59,206 nt of DNA from Chiloscyllium plagiosum. Taxonomy: Eukaryota. This document shows, in pieces, positions 1-11,570 of this stretch. The notes below the pieces were generated by a model. That model saw only the letters and a program-made list of their open reading frames with translations. It was not told the origin of the DNA and ran no database searches. A program made the position numbers and the translations under genes. The DNA lies in contig NC_057719.1 in NCBI RefSeq assembly GCF_004010195.1, forward strand, positions 49,054,723-49,113,928, read 5' to 3'. How positions within the stretch are numbered: the first letter of the stretch is position 1; every line of letters begins with the position of its first letter.

Positions 1-57
1 CACTTCAAGGTCTCTTTGTTCAGCAACACTTCCCAGGACCTTACCATTAAGTGTATA
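1..57 (-). mobile_element. CR1 LINE RT-region fragment, cut by window edge
   Basis: Closely similar to 6005-6083 of the minus-strand CR1 (ctctttgttcagcaacact...ttaccattaagtgtata). Confidence 0.75.
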
Positions 58-86
58 TCGGAATCCAATATCCGATCTCTGATATC

Positions 87-1220
87 CGATATCAGGGTTC
101 TTAGCAGAGGCAGTAATGCAGAGACTTGAACAAACAGCTCTGCCAATTATCTAACCCAAACTTTGGGTCCACTACATGGATGACACCTTTGTCATCACTA
201 AACGAAACAAATTAGAGGAAATCTTCAAGACCATCAATAATATCCTTATTGGCATAAAATTCACTAATGAGGAGGAAAACAACAACAAACTGCCATTCCT
301 AGATGTCACAGTAGAGCGAACAGCCAATGGGGAACTTCAAACTAGTGTCTTCAGGAATATGGATTAAATATTGAACTACAGAAGCAATCATCCCAACCCC
401 CACAAATGAAGCTGCATTAGAAAGTTACATCAATGAGCCACCACGCACTGCAGCACAGAGGAAGTACGCAAAGCAGAGGAAAATCACCTATACAGCGTAT
501 TCAAAAAGAATGGGTACCCAATGAACACAGTCCACCAATTTGTCAGCAACAAACCCAAACTAGCAGACAAAACCTGTCCAGAAACCGTAGCCATTCTCCC
601 CTACATCAAAGACATCTCGGAAATGACTGGCAGACTACTGAGACATCTTCGTATCATGGTAGCCCACAAACCCACCAACACTAAAACAGCAGCTAATGAA
701 CTTGAAAGACCCCATACAGACAACAAGCAAAATTAATGCCATTTACAAAACACCTTGCAAGAACTATAACAAACACTCCATTGGAAAAACAGGCAGAAAA
801 CTAGCCACCAGGAGACATGAACATCAACTAGCCACAAAATGACATGACCCACTCTCACTAGTTTCCTTACATACAGATGAGGAAGGATACCATTTTGACT
901 GTGAGAACACATCCATCCTACCGCAAGCTAAACAGTGATACGCACGAGAATTCCTAGAAGCATGGCATTCTAACCGGAACTCTATCAACAAACACATCGA
1001 CTTTTACCACCCGCTGGATCCCATTTACCACCCGCTGAGAAAAAGAACAGGAAATGACATCACCACATGAAATATCATCACAAACCCAAGGAAACATAAA
1101 CACATAAAGAGAAAGCGGGTCACTGGAGTGCTTCACTGGAGGCTCACTGATGACGTTACTTAGTGTGGTGACGAAATGTCTGAAAATGAACATTCCAGCT
1201 CAGCGAGCAAACTTACATAC
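87..1220 (+). mobile_element. Penelope-like retroelement, 5'-truncated: RT C-terminus, GIY-YIG endonuclease and 3' pLTR (decayed)
   Basis: Translation gives ISGFLAEAVMQRLEQ...LWVHYMDDTFVI (YxDD) and EEENNNKLPFLDV, then GIY-YIG-like AIYKTPCKNYNKHSIGKTGRKLATRRHEH and REFLEAWHS. Stops and frameshifts are present. It ends in a hammerhead-containing terminal repeat. Confidence 0.9.
1144..1183 (+). ncRNA. Minimal type I hammerhead ribozyme motif in PLE 3' pLTR
   Basis: TCA-CTGATGA(1147-1153)-C-GTTAC/loop/GTGAC-GAAA(1173-1176)-TG-TC(1179-1180)-TGA. Stem I is TCA/TGA; stem II has one G-U pair. Confidence 0.75.
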
Positions 1221-1221
1221 A

Positions 1222-1330
1222 CAGATGCAAAATACTCATTTAGTATCTCCCCCACCCCCTATGGTTTCACACATTGGTGGCCTTGCTGATCACTAAGGGG
1301 CCCTATTCTGTCCCTAGTTACCCTTCTGTA
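1222..1330 (-). mobile_element. CR1 LINE fragment
   Basis: Matches 7115-7215 (gatgcaaaatactc...gggccctattct...ccctagttaccc). Confidence 0.7.
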
Positions 1331-1531
1331 CTTAATTTGGAAGAGAATTTAGAGGTTGTGGTGTTCTCACATCTTTGCATCCTTTTAGATTGTAGTTATC
1401 ATGGGTTTAGAAGATGCTATCTAATGTGCTCAATGAATTTCTGCACTGGGTCTTACAGAGAGTACCCATTTAGCAATTATTTTGATCTTGAATAATTTGC
1501 TCTTACTCTGAGGCCAGTTTTCTCCTTTACA

Positions 1532-1657
1532 TGTTCATGGGATGTGGACATTGTTGGCATATCTCTAATTGCCATTCAATTAAACAGCTTGCTGTGCTAT
1601 TGCAGGGATTAGTTCCTAGTCAAGCACATTGTTATATGTTGAGAGTCGCAAGCAGAC
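1532..1657 (-). mobile_element. tRNA-derived SINE, 3' part (split by the LTR element; continues at 11291-11570)
   Basis: ttcatgggatgtggaca is the reverse of the LINE-like tail also seen at 36835-36860. The sequence joins across the CAGAC duplication to 11291 onward and resembles the reverse of 54900-54990. Confidence 0.55.
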
Positions 1658-1970
1658 TGTAGTGACTGTAATGAGGTCAGCCAGGTGGATTTCCTTGAAA
1701 GCTTCTCCATCTGTTCTGGAACATGTGTCCTCTCCCTCTCATCAAGCAGTGAAGATACCTCAGAGTCTGAGATGGACACAGCAGATGTCACTGTCTTGAT
1801 ACCTTTGTCACCCGAAGAAGAGAATGAGTTTTTACCAAGATGCTCCAGATGCAAGAGGTGAGCTAATATGCATTATACACCACCCATGTTGGAGACAGAG
1901 TTGGAGTAATCTGATCCAGTGCTAAAACACCTCAGTGGAAGCCACAAAAACAAAGAACAGATCTCTGTAT

Positions 1971-3850
1971 GTAAAGATAAGGCTGGAAGGCTCAGTTAGG
2001 GCACTTGGGAGTTACAAGTTAGCCAGGAAAGACTTAAAAAGAGAGAACTAAGAAGAGCCAGGAGGGGAGATGAGAAGTCTTTGGCAGATAGGATCAAGGA
2101 AAACCTTAAAGATTTCCATAGGTATATCAGGAATAAAAGAATGATTAGAGTAAGATTAGGGCCAGTCAAGGACAGTAGTGGAAAGATAGGAGAGGTGTGA
2201 TATGAACATTTTGCATCAGTATTCACACAGGAAAAAGACAATATTGTTGAGGAGCATGTTGAGATAGGCTATTAGACTAGATGGGATTGAGGTTCAGAAG
2301 GAAGAGGTGGTAGCAATTCTGTAAAGTGTGAAAATAGATAAGTCCCCTGGGCTGGATGGGATTTATCCTAGCATTCTCTGGGAAGCTAGGGAGGAGATTG
2401 CAGAGTCTTTGGCTTTGAGCTTTATGTTGTCATTGTCTACAGGAATAGTGCCAGAAGACTGGAGGATAGCAAATGTTGTCCCCTTGTTCAAGAAGGTGAG
2501 TAGAGACAACCCTGGTAATTATGAACCACTGAGCCTTACTTCGGTTGTGGGTAAAGTGTTGGAATGGATTATAGGAGATCAGATTTATAATCATCTAGAA
2601 AGGAATAATTTGATTAGGGATAGTCAACATGGTTTTGTGAAGGGTAGGTCATGCCTCACAACCTTACTGAGTTCTTTGGCAAGGTGACCAAACAGGTGGA
2701 TGAGTGTAAAGCAGTTGATGTGGTGTATATGGATTCAGTAAAGTGATTGATAAGGTTCCCCACGGTAGGCTATTGCAGAAAATATGAAGGCACGGGATTG
2801 AGGGTGATTTAGCAATTTGGATCAGAAATTGGCTAGTTGTTAGAAGACGGAGAATGGTGGTTGATGGGAAATGTTCATCCTGGAATTCAATTACTAGTGG
2901 TGTACTGCAAGGATCTTTTTTGAGGCCATTGCTGTTTGTCATTTTTATAACTGACCTGGATGAGGGCATACAAGGATGAGTTAGTAAATTTGCGATGACA
3001 CAAAGGTCGGTGGAGTTGTAGACAGTGCAGGTTACAGAGGGACATCGATAAGCTGCAGAGCTGGGGCTGAGAGGTGGCAAATGGAATTTAATGTGGAAAA
3101 GTGTGAGGTGATTCACTTTGGAAGGAGTAACAGGAATACAGAGTACTGGGCTAATGGTAAGATTCTTGGTAGTGTGGATGAGCAGAGAGATCGTGGTGTC
3201 CCTGTAAATAGATCCATGTAAGTGTATAGGGTTGTTAAAAAGGCGTACGGTGTGTTAGCTTTTATTGATAGAGGGATTGAATTTTGGAGCCACGAGGTCA
3301 AGTTGCAGCTGTATAAAACTCTGGTGCGGCTGCACTTGGAGTATTGCTTACAGTTCTGGTCGCCATATTATAGGAAGGATGTGGAAGCATTGAAAAGGGT
3401 GCAGAGGATATTTACCAGCATATTGCTTGGTATGAAGGGAAGATCTTATGAGAAAAGGCTGAGGGACTTGAAACTGTTTTCATTGGAAAAAAGAAGGTTG
3501 AGAGATGGCTTAATAGAGACATACATGATAATCAGAGGATTAAATAGGGTGGACAGTGAGAGTCTTTTTCCTTTGATGGTGATGGCTTGCACGAGGGGGC
3601 ATAGCTTTAAATTGTGGAGTGATAGATATAGGACAGATGTCAGAGGTAGTTTCTTTACTCAGAGAGTAGTAAGGGCATGGAATGCCCTGCCTGCAACTCA
3701 CCAACTTTAAGGGAATTTAAGTGGTCATTTGATGGACATATGGATGATAACGGAATAGTGTAGATTAGATGGACTTCAGATTGTTTCACAGGTCGATGCA
3801 ACATCGAGGGTCGTAGGACCTGTACTGCGCTGTAATGTTCTATGTTCTAC
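1971..3850 (+). mobile_element. CR1 LINE, 5'-truncated ORF2 (RT) and 3' UTR, nested in the Gypsy element
   Basis: KSPGLDGIYP, VPEDWRIANVVPLFKK, QHGFVKGRSCLT, LQLYKTLVRLHLEYCLQFWSP and FFTQRVVRAWNALP motifs; tail ctgtaatgttctatgttcta. Confidence 0.95.
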
Positions 3851-3914
3851 GTCCTTGAATAAAGAGAGCGGGGATGTAGTGATTGTAATGATCTCAGCCA
3901 GACTGACCCCATAG

Positions 3915-5325
3915 CCTTGGCTGGACTGAAACCCTATATCGGGGATTAAGCGTACAACATTGGCTCTGGCTTCTTATGAGAAACAGCTGGTTCAGTTCCC
4001 ACTGATTGTAGTAAAAAGCTCAGGCCCAAGCATGATGGGGCGAAATTGGTTGAGAAAGATTCAAATGTTGAGATTGGCAACATTTTTTGATTAGAAAATG
4101 GCTGCCTGAGTGAAGTCCTAATTAATACCCTGACGGTTTTCAGGAAGATCTATGGACTATCAAAGTAGACAAGGCCACTTTACATGTTGACCAGGAAACA
4201 ATTCCATGATACTGCAAGTTTTGCCCAGTGTCATTTGCCTTACAGGCAAAAGTAGAGACAGAAATCAGGAGATTGGAAAGCAAAGGAATCATCAAATTTG
4301 TACAATTTGCAGAAAAGGCAGCAGCACCGATCATAGCGATCGTGAGCCCAACAGGTCAGTTCGTTTTTGTAGGGATTTTAAACAAATGGTAAACTGCTTT
4401 TCACAGCTTGATAAATACTCAATCCCTTGCACAGAGGATTTATACGCAAAGCTGGCAGGGGGTCTGTCCTTTACGAAGCTGAACATGAATCATGCGTCTT
4501 TGCACTCGTGGTTAAATGAGGTTTCCCAGAAGTATGCTATAACTAACACCCACAAGGGACTGCCGTTTGGGGTGTCATCAGCCTGTGCAATTTTTCAGCA
4601 ATGAAGGGGAACACTTCACAAAATCTACTCCAGGTCACTATTCACCTAGATGACATGGGAAGGAAGATTTTTCGGTCAGTAAGTAAGTTCCACGAGTACC
4701 TTTATGGATGTACATTTGTAACAATAATAAACCACAAATCCTTGCTACATCCACTTAAAGCAAACAAGACAGTGCTGCCCATAGATTCAGGCCACATTCA
4801 GCAGTGGGCTTTAATATTAAATGCATTTAATTTCAAGTTGGAACACCATCCGGGAGACCAAGTAGCAGATGCGGACATATTGAGCTGTCTCCCACTGGCA
4901 GATAGACCACCAGTGGTGCTTCCCCTGGAAGAGTCAGCCATAGTTTTAAATTTTCGAGACACACTTCCAGTCACATCTGACAATATCAGACTTTGGAAGC
5001 AGAAAGATCCAGTTCTGGCAAAACTGAAATAGCTGGTGCTGATGGGAGAAACCAAAGGGCTATCTCAAACAGAATTGAAGTCTTTTTGGACTCGGAGAGA
5101 CCAGATCACAATAGAGGACAGCATATTATTATGGGGAGCAAGAGTGATTGTCCCGAGTAAAGATAACCGCCAGATACTGGCTGAACTCCACCACGGCCTT
5201 TCAGTGGTTTCCAAAATGGCAAGAAATTATATCTGGGGGCCAGGATTGGATGCAGACATAGCCACATTGGTGGGGCAGTGTCCAGAGTGCCAACAAAAAT
5301 AAAAATTTCCGCCAGCAGCTCACCA
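3915..5325 (+). pseudogene. Gypsy pol remnant: protease tail, RT, RNase H end and integrase HHCC zinc finger
   Basis: GPSMMGRNWL; DKYSIPCTEDLYAKLAGG..FTKL; LPFGVSSACAIFQ; IHLDD; FHEYLYGCTF; LAELHHG...ARNYIWGPGLDADI...CPECQ. Frameshifts and internal deletions are present. Confidence 0.9.
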
Positions 5326-7652
5326 TATAGAGACATAGAGTCATAGAGATGTACAGCTCAGAAACAGACCCCTCAGTCCAACTCATCCATGCCCAACGAG
5401 ATATCCCAACCCAATCTAGCCCATCTGCCAGCATCTGGCCCATATCCCTCCAAACCCTTCCTATTCATATACCCATCCAGATGCCTTTTAAATGTTGCAA
5501 TTGTACCAGCCTCCACCACTTCCTCCGGCAGCTCATTCCATAAAAGTACCAGCCTCTGCATGAAAGGTTGCCCCTCAGGTCTCCTTTATGTCTTTCTCCT
5601 CTCACCCTAAACCTATGCCTTCTAGTTCTAGACTTCCCCACCCCAGGGAAAAGATTTTGTCTATTTATCCTATCCATGCCCCTCCTGATTATATAAACCT
5701 CAAAAGGTCAAGCCTCAGCCTCCGACACTCCAGGGAAAACAGCCCCAGCCTGTTCAACCTCTCCCCAGAGCTCAAATCCTCCAACCCTGGCAACATCCTT
5801 GTAAATCTTTTCTGAACCCTTTCAAGTTTCACAACATTTTTCTGATAGGAAGGAGACCAGAATTGCATGCAATATTCCAACAGTGGCCTAATCAATGTCC
5901 TGTACTGCCGCAACATAACCTCCCAACACTTGCACACAATATTCTGACCAATAAAGGAAAGAATACCAAATGCCTTCTTCACTATCCTATCTACCTGCGA
6001 CTCCACTTTCAAGAAGCTATGAACCTGCACTCCAAGTTCTCTTTGTTCAGCAACACTCCCAGGACTTTACCATTAAGTGTATAAGTCCTGCTAAGATTTG
6101 CTTTCCCAAAATGCAGTACCTCGTATTTATCTACATCAAACTCCATCTGCCACTTCACAGCCCATTGGCCCATCTGATTTAAGATCCCATTGTTATCTGA
6201 GGTAACCCACATCGCTGTCCACTACACCTCCAATTTTGATGTCATCTGCAAACTTACTAACTATACCTCTTATGCTCGCATCCAAATCATTTATATAAAT
6301 GATGAAAAGTAGTAGACCCAGCACTGATCCTTGTGGCACTCCACTGGTCACAGGCCTCCAGTCTGAAAAACAACCCTTCACCACCATCCTCTGTCTTCTA
6401 CCTTTGAGCCAGTTCTGTATCCAAATGGCTAGTTCTCCCTGTATCCCATGAGATCTAGCCTTGTTAATCAGTCTTCCTTGGGGAATCTTGTCGAAACCTT
6501 ACTGAAGTCCATATAGATCACATCTACTTCTCTGCCCTCATCAATCCTCTTTGTTACTTCTTCAAAAAACTCAATCAAGTTTGTGAGACATGATTTCCTG
6601 CGCACAAAGCCATCTTGTCTATCTCTAATCAGTCCTTGCCTTTCCAAATACATGTACATTCTGTCCCTCAGAATTCCCTCCAACAACTTGCCCACCACCA
6701 AAGTCAGGCTCACTGATCTGTAGTTCCCTGGCTTTTCCTTATTACCTTTCTTAAACAGTGGCACCACGTTAGCCAACCTCCAGTCTTCCGGCACCTCACC
6801 TGTGGCTATCGATGATATAAATACCTCTTTGTACACCTACCAGCCTTTCCTTTCACCCTAACTGGAATATATTGTCTCTGGATTCTCGGTTTCTCATTTC
6901 TGAAGGCTTCCCATCTTCCCGCCATCCCAGCAATCACTTCTCTAGCTTCCCACAGAATTCTAGGATACACTTAATCAGGTCCTGGGGATCTATCCACTTT
7001 TATGCGTTTCAAGACATCCAGCACTTCCTCATCTGCAATATGGACTGTTTTTAAGATGTCACCATGTATTTCCCGACATTCTTTATCTGCCATGTCCTTT
7101 TCCACAGTAAATACTGATGCAAAATACTCGTTTTGTATCCCCCCCATCTCCTGCGGCTCCACACAAAGGCCTCCTTGCTGATCTTTGAGGGGCCCTATTC
7201 TCTCCCTAGTTACCCTTTTTTCCTAATGTATTTGTTGAAGCATTTGGATTCTCCTTAACTCTATTTGCCAAAGCTATCTCATATCCCCTTTTTGCTCTCT
7301 TGATTTCCCTCTTAAGTATGCTCCTACTGCATTTGTCTTCTAAGGATTCACTCGATCTAGCCTGCCAATACTTGAAATATGCTTCCTTCTTTTTCTTAAC
7401 CAAACCCTCAATTTGTCTAGTCATCCAGCTTTCCCTACACCTACCAGCCTTTCCTTTCACCCTAACTGGAATATATTGTCTCTGGATTCTCGGTTTCTCA
7501 TTTCTGAAGGCTTCCCATCTTCCCGCCATCCCTTAACCTGCAAACAACTGCCCCCAATCAGCTTTTGAAAGTTCTTGCCTAATACTGTCAAAATTGGCCT
7601 TTCTCCAGTTTAGAACTTCAACTTTTAGATCTGGTCTATCCTTTTCCATCAC

Positions 7653-7995
7653 NNNNNNNNNNNNNNNNNNNNNNNNNNNNNNNNNNNNNNNNNNNNNNNN
7701 NNNNNNNNNNNNNNNNNNNNNNNNNNNNNNNNNNNNNNNNNNNNNNNNNNNNNNNNNNNNNNNNNNNNNNNNNNNNNNNNNNNNNNNNNNNNNNNNNNNN
7801 NNNNNNNNNNNNNNNNNNNNNNNNNNNNNNNNNNNNNNNNNNNNNNNNNNNNNNNNNNNNNNNNNNNNNNNNNNNNNNNNNNNNNNNNNNNNNNNNNNNN
7901 NNNNNNNNNNNNNNNNNNNNNNNNNNNNNNNNNNNNNNNNNNNNNNNNNNNNNNNNNNNNNNNNNNNNNNNNNNNNNNNNNNNNNNNNNNNNNNN
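7653..7995. other. Assembly gap (343 N)
   Basis: Run of N within the CR1 endonuclease region. Confidence 1.
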
Positions 7996-8324
7996 CACTC
8001 CCCCTCCTCTCTTGCCTCCCTTTCTATCCTTCCTGTAGCATTTCTGTCGTAGAACATTAAGCTGCCAGTCCTGTCTATCCCTGAGCCATGTTTCTGTAAT
8101 TGCTATGATATCCCAGTCCCATGTTCCTAACTATGCCCTGAATTCATCTGCCTTCCCTGTTAGGCCCCTTGCATTGAAATAAATGCAGTTTAATTTATGA
8201 GTCTTACCTTGTTCTCTGATTTGTCCCTGCCTGCCCTCACTATTTCACTCGCTTCTGTTCTCAACTGTACCAGTCTCAGATTGATCTCTTTCCTCACTAT
8301 CTCACTGGGTCCCCCCCCACCTTA

Positions 8325-9243
8325 CTAGTTTATATCCTCCTGAGCAGCTCTAGCAAATCTTCCTGGCAGTACAGTGGTCCCCTTCCAATTTAGGTGCAAG
8401 CCGTCCTTCTTGTACAGCTCACTTCTACCCCAAAAGAGATTCCAATGATCCAAAAATGTAAATCCTTCTCCTGTACACCAGCTCCTCAGCCATTCATTCA
8501 TCTGCTTTATTCTCCTATTCCTGCCCTCATTAGCCTGTAGCACCAGGAGTAATCCAGATATTACTACTCTCGAGGGCTTCCTTTTTAAATTCCTGCTGAA
8601 CTCTTTGTAATCTCCCTTCAGAATCTCAACATTTTTCCTTCCTATGTCATTGGTTCTAATGTGAACAATGACCTCCTGCTGGTCCCTCTCCCCGTTAAGA
8701 ACACTCTCTAAGACATCCTTGATCCTGGCACCAGGGAAGCAACACATCATTCATGATTTTTCGCTACTGACCACAGAAACATCTGTCTGTACCTCAGACT
8801 AGAGAATCCCTGAACATAAACGTTCTCTTGGAATCCAACGTACCCCTCATTGCATTAGAGCCAGTCTCAATACCAGAAACTTGGCTGTTCGTGCTATGTT
8901 CCCTGAGATTTCGTCACCGCCTATGTTTTCCAAAACAACATACTTGTTAAAATGAGGGTAACCACAGAAGACTCTTGCGCTACCTGCCTACCTTTCTTAC
9001 CTTTCCTGGAGTTCCTATGTGACCATATCTGTGACTTTCCTCCTTCTTATAACTGCCATCCATCACATACCCTTGCACTTGTAAATTCCTCATTGCCTCT
9101 AACTATCTCACCAACCGATCCGTTCGATATGATAGGATTTGCAACCAAAGACATTTATTGCAGATATAATCTGCAGTAACACGTAAACTCTCCCTAAACT
9201 CTCACATCCGGAAAGAAGAGCATATCACTCTACTAAAGGCCAT
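8325..9243 (-). pseudogene. CR1 ORF1 remnant: Cys-rich N-terminus and SGNH/GDSL esterase-like domain
   Basis: Starts MAFSRVIC...DYICNKC; esterase blocks CFPGARIKDV, VIVHIRTNDIG and KKDGLHLN. Confidence 0.8.
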
Positions 9244-9879
9244 TTTTGCTTCTTTCAATCTACACACTCAGAAAATAACACTAGCACATTCCTCTAGAAA
9301 ACACTGCTCCAGGTTAAACTCATGCTTATGGTTTATGTTTTTAAGTTTAATCAAGAGACATATCTCAATATAACATATAATCAAGAAAGAACCCACTGTA
9401 CTCACTACTGCAGCCTTACTGTAAGGCCACACTTAAAATATTTACTGTTTCTATGCTGTGACCTCTCCCAAACATGTTCTTCCAAGATTAGTTGTGAATT
9501 TCACTATTTGTTAATTTTCCCAGATGTACTCTGATGTCCAGCGATACATTAATTCAAACAGCAAAGGCAGTAACTCTGCAGGTTCACTGCTGTGTCAGTT
9601 AGCAATGTGGTTTCTCTCTCTCTCTCCCCCTATCTCTCTCTCTCTTTCTCTCTCCAGCACTGACCTCACCATGTGCTTCCTTTGTCTGTTCCTCTCCCTT
9701 TTAAAAGTGCTGCTGTTTTGATGTTTTTTTTCTCCAAAGTTCCAAAACAATGCAACAGCATATAAAACAGGAATAGCTACTTCTGCAATTTGGGGAAATC
9801 ACCTCCAACACCTAAAATACCTCAAAAAAAGGAGTAGCCAGAAATATTCCCCATCTTCCATCTTGGATTACCCAGAATT

Positions 9880-10600
9880 TATGGGAACAGCTGGGTAAAC
9901 TCTGGACTCTATTACACGTTGACTATGCAAGGTCCTTTCATGGGCTCAATGTCCTTAGTCATTATGGATGCTCACTCAAAGTGGCTGGACGTGCAAAGAG
10001 TTTGTTCATCAGACACGGGGACGACGATAGAAAAGCTGCATGTATCTTTGGCAACACAGGCACTCCTGGAAATATTGGTCACAGATAACAGGCCATCATT
10101 TACCAGCAGGGAATGGAGTGTTTCCTAAAGTTAAATGCTATTTGACATACAGTAACAGCTCCATGCTTTCCATCATCCAATGGTCTGGCAGAAAGAGAAG
10201 TCCAAACTTTAAAGGCAGGCTTAAAGAAACAGCCTATAGCTTAACTAGATACCAAACTGCCCTAGTTGCTATTTGATTAGAGGACCACCCTCAGGTAACT
10301 ACAAGGATAGCTCCAGCAGAGTTGCTAATGGGGAGAAGATTCCGTACCAAGTTAACTATGACCTGGGGGGGTGTTGGACAGATTAAAGCATTAGTAATGC
10401 TAATGCCAGGCACAGGACCCTGTTAAGCAAGAGAGAGAGGTTTCTTCAGGAGACAGAATTTGCTGTAGGAACCAGGGGAATGGCCCAGCATGGGTAAGAG
10501 GTATGGTTGACGTAAGGTCAGGTCCAGTGATGTATAAGATTTAGGTAGGTGTGACAGTCCTGTACAAGCACGTATACCATATGAAAGCTGCAAATTCACA
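9880..10600 (+). pseudogene. Gypsy integrase core remnant
   Basis: LHVDYA.GPFMG...MDAHSKWLDV, LVTDNRPSFTS, PSSNGLAER and APAELLMGR motifs, with frameshifts. Confidence 0.88.
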
Positions 10601-10865
10601 AAAGGTGCGGGAGAAAAATGCGTCTGGCTCTTTAACAGCCTCTACAACTGTTCCAGAACCTGTGGATTCGCCCTGTCCATCAAGCTGTGAAGATACCTTG
10701 AAATCAGAGTTGGACCCGGCCGATGTCATCGCCTCAATGCCTTTGCCACCTGATGGGAATGAATTTCTTCCAAGAAGCTTCAAGTGCAAGAGGTGAGCAT
10801 CTGTGCATTACATGCCACCTCTATCTGAGGCAGAGGTGGAGGAACTTGACCAGGTACAAAAATGC

Positions 10866-10983
10866 TAGGAGAAAGTGAGGACTGCAGATGCTGGGGATCA
10901 GAGCTTAAAAATGTGTTGCTGGAAAAGCGCTTTTAAAAATGTGTTGCTGGAAAAGTGCTTTTCCAGCAACACATTTTTAAGCG
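10866..10983. mobile_element. Short hairpin insert derived from a PLE pLTR tail, with 13-bp TSD
   Basis: GGTACAAAAATGC at 10853-10865 and 10984-10996; perfect 23-bp inverted repeat at 10933-10955/10958-10980; the arm matches 43199-43219. Confidence 0.85.
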
Positions 10984-11053
10984 GGTACAAAAATGCCCCA
11001 GGAAGAGCTACAACAAAAAAACAGCTTATGTCCTTGGACTCAGAATGGAGGGA

Positions 11054-11290
11054 TATAGTGATTGTAATGAGGTCACCCAGGTGCAGCTCACAGAATATGA
11101 GTTCCCTGATTGGAACAGATTGACAGTTCCAACCGGGGGAACCCTGGCTGACAGATAAGAACAGGAGTGTCAGGCATCCTGTTCACTCTGAGAGCTGGCT
11201 CTGAAGGAGATGGATCAGTGTCAAGGACTCTCGATGTGTAAATAAAGCATGCTTTGGTGATGGGATACCAGCCTCTGTGGAGTTATTTCA
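11054..11290 (+). repeat. 3' LTR of the Gypsy element
   Basis: Follows the PPT ggaggga, contains AATAAA at about 11241, ends in CA, and is homologous to the LTR starts at 1658 and 3875 and to the solo LTR at 46391. Confidence 0.88.
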
Positions 11291-11570
11291 CAGACCAGAC
11301 CAGATAAAGATGGCAGGTTTCCTTTCCTGTATCGCATGAGGGCCAGACCAGTAAATGATGGCCTGTTTCTCTCACTGTGTCTTTACAATAATGATGATAA
11401 TTTCAGCATCACATTACTGACACTACCTTTCAATTCTAGATTTTATAAGTTGAACTTAAATTTTGCTGGCAGATGTGATGGTACTTGAGCCCATGCTCCT
11501 AGTGCATTAACCTGGACCTCTGGATAAAAAATCCAGCAACATTGCCAATGAGCAACCAACTTCACCTTTT
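11291..11570 (-). mobile_element. tRNA-derived SINE, body and 5' head
   Basis: The reverse of 11450-11550 resembles the tRNA-like head at 58163-58255 (ctgga...tccagag..caggttaatg...ggctcaagt). Confidence 0.55.

Larger units (their letters stand above)
5329..9878 (-). mobile_element. Near full-length CR1 LINE (5' UTR, ORF1, ORF2, 3' tail) nested in the Gypsy integrase
   Basis: Reversed (CTCTATGA)n tail at 5330-5348; RT motifs [15 protein letters not shown] and YMDFSK; ORF1 at about 8325-9243; 5' UTR with a (CT)n tract at 9613-9653. The Gypsy integrase resumes at 9880. Confidence 0.93.
1658..11290 (+). mobile_element. Ty3/Gypsy LTR retrotransposon (decayed, rearranged, with nested insertions)
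   Basis: Begins TGTAGTGA (1658) and ends TTATTTCA (11290), with a 5-bp CAGAC duplication at 1653-1657 and 11291-11295. Internal order is protease tail, RT, RNase H, integrase. A polypurine tract precedes the 3' LTR. Confidence 0.88.

Noticed and set aside
7533..8057. ORFs of 120-174 aa spanning poly-X
   Set aside because: Artefacts of the N gap.
10905..10983. CRISPR-like or terminator-like repeats
   Set aside because: Eukaryotic context with no spacers; explained as a PLE-derived fold-back.
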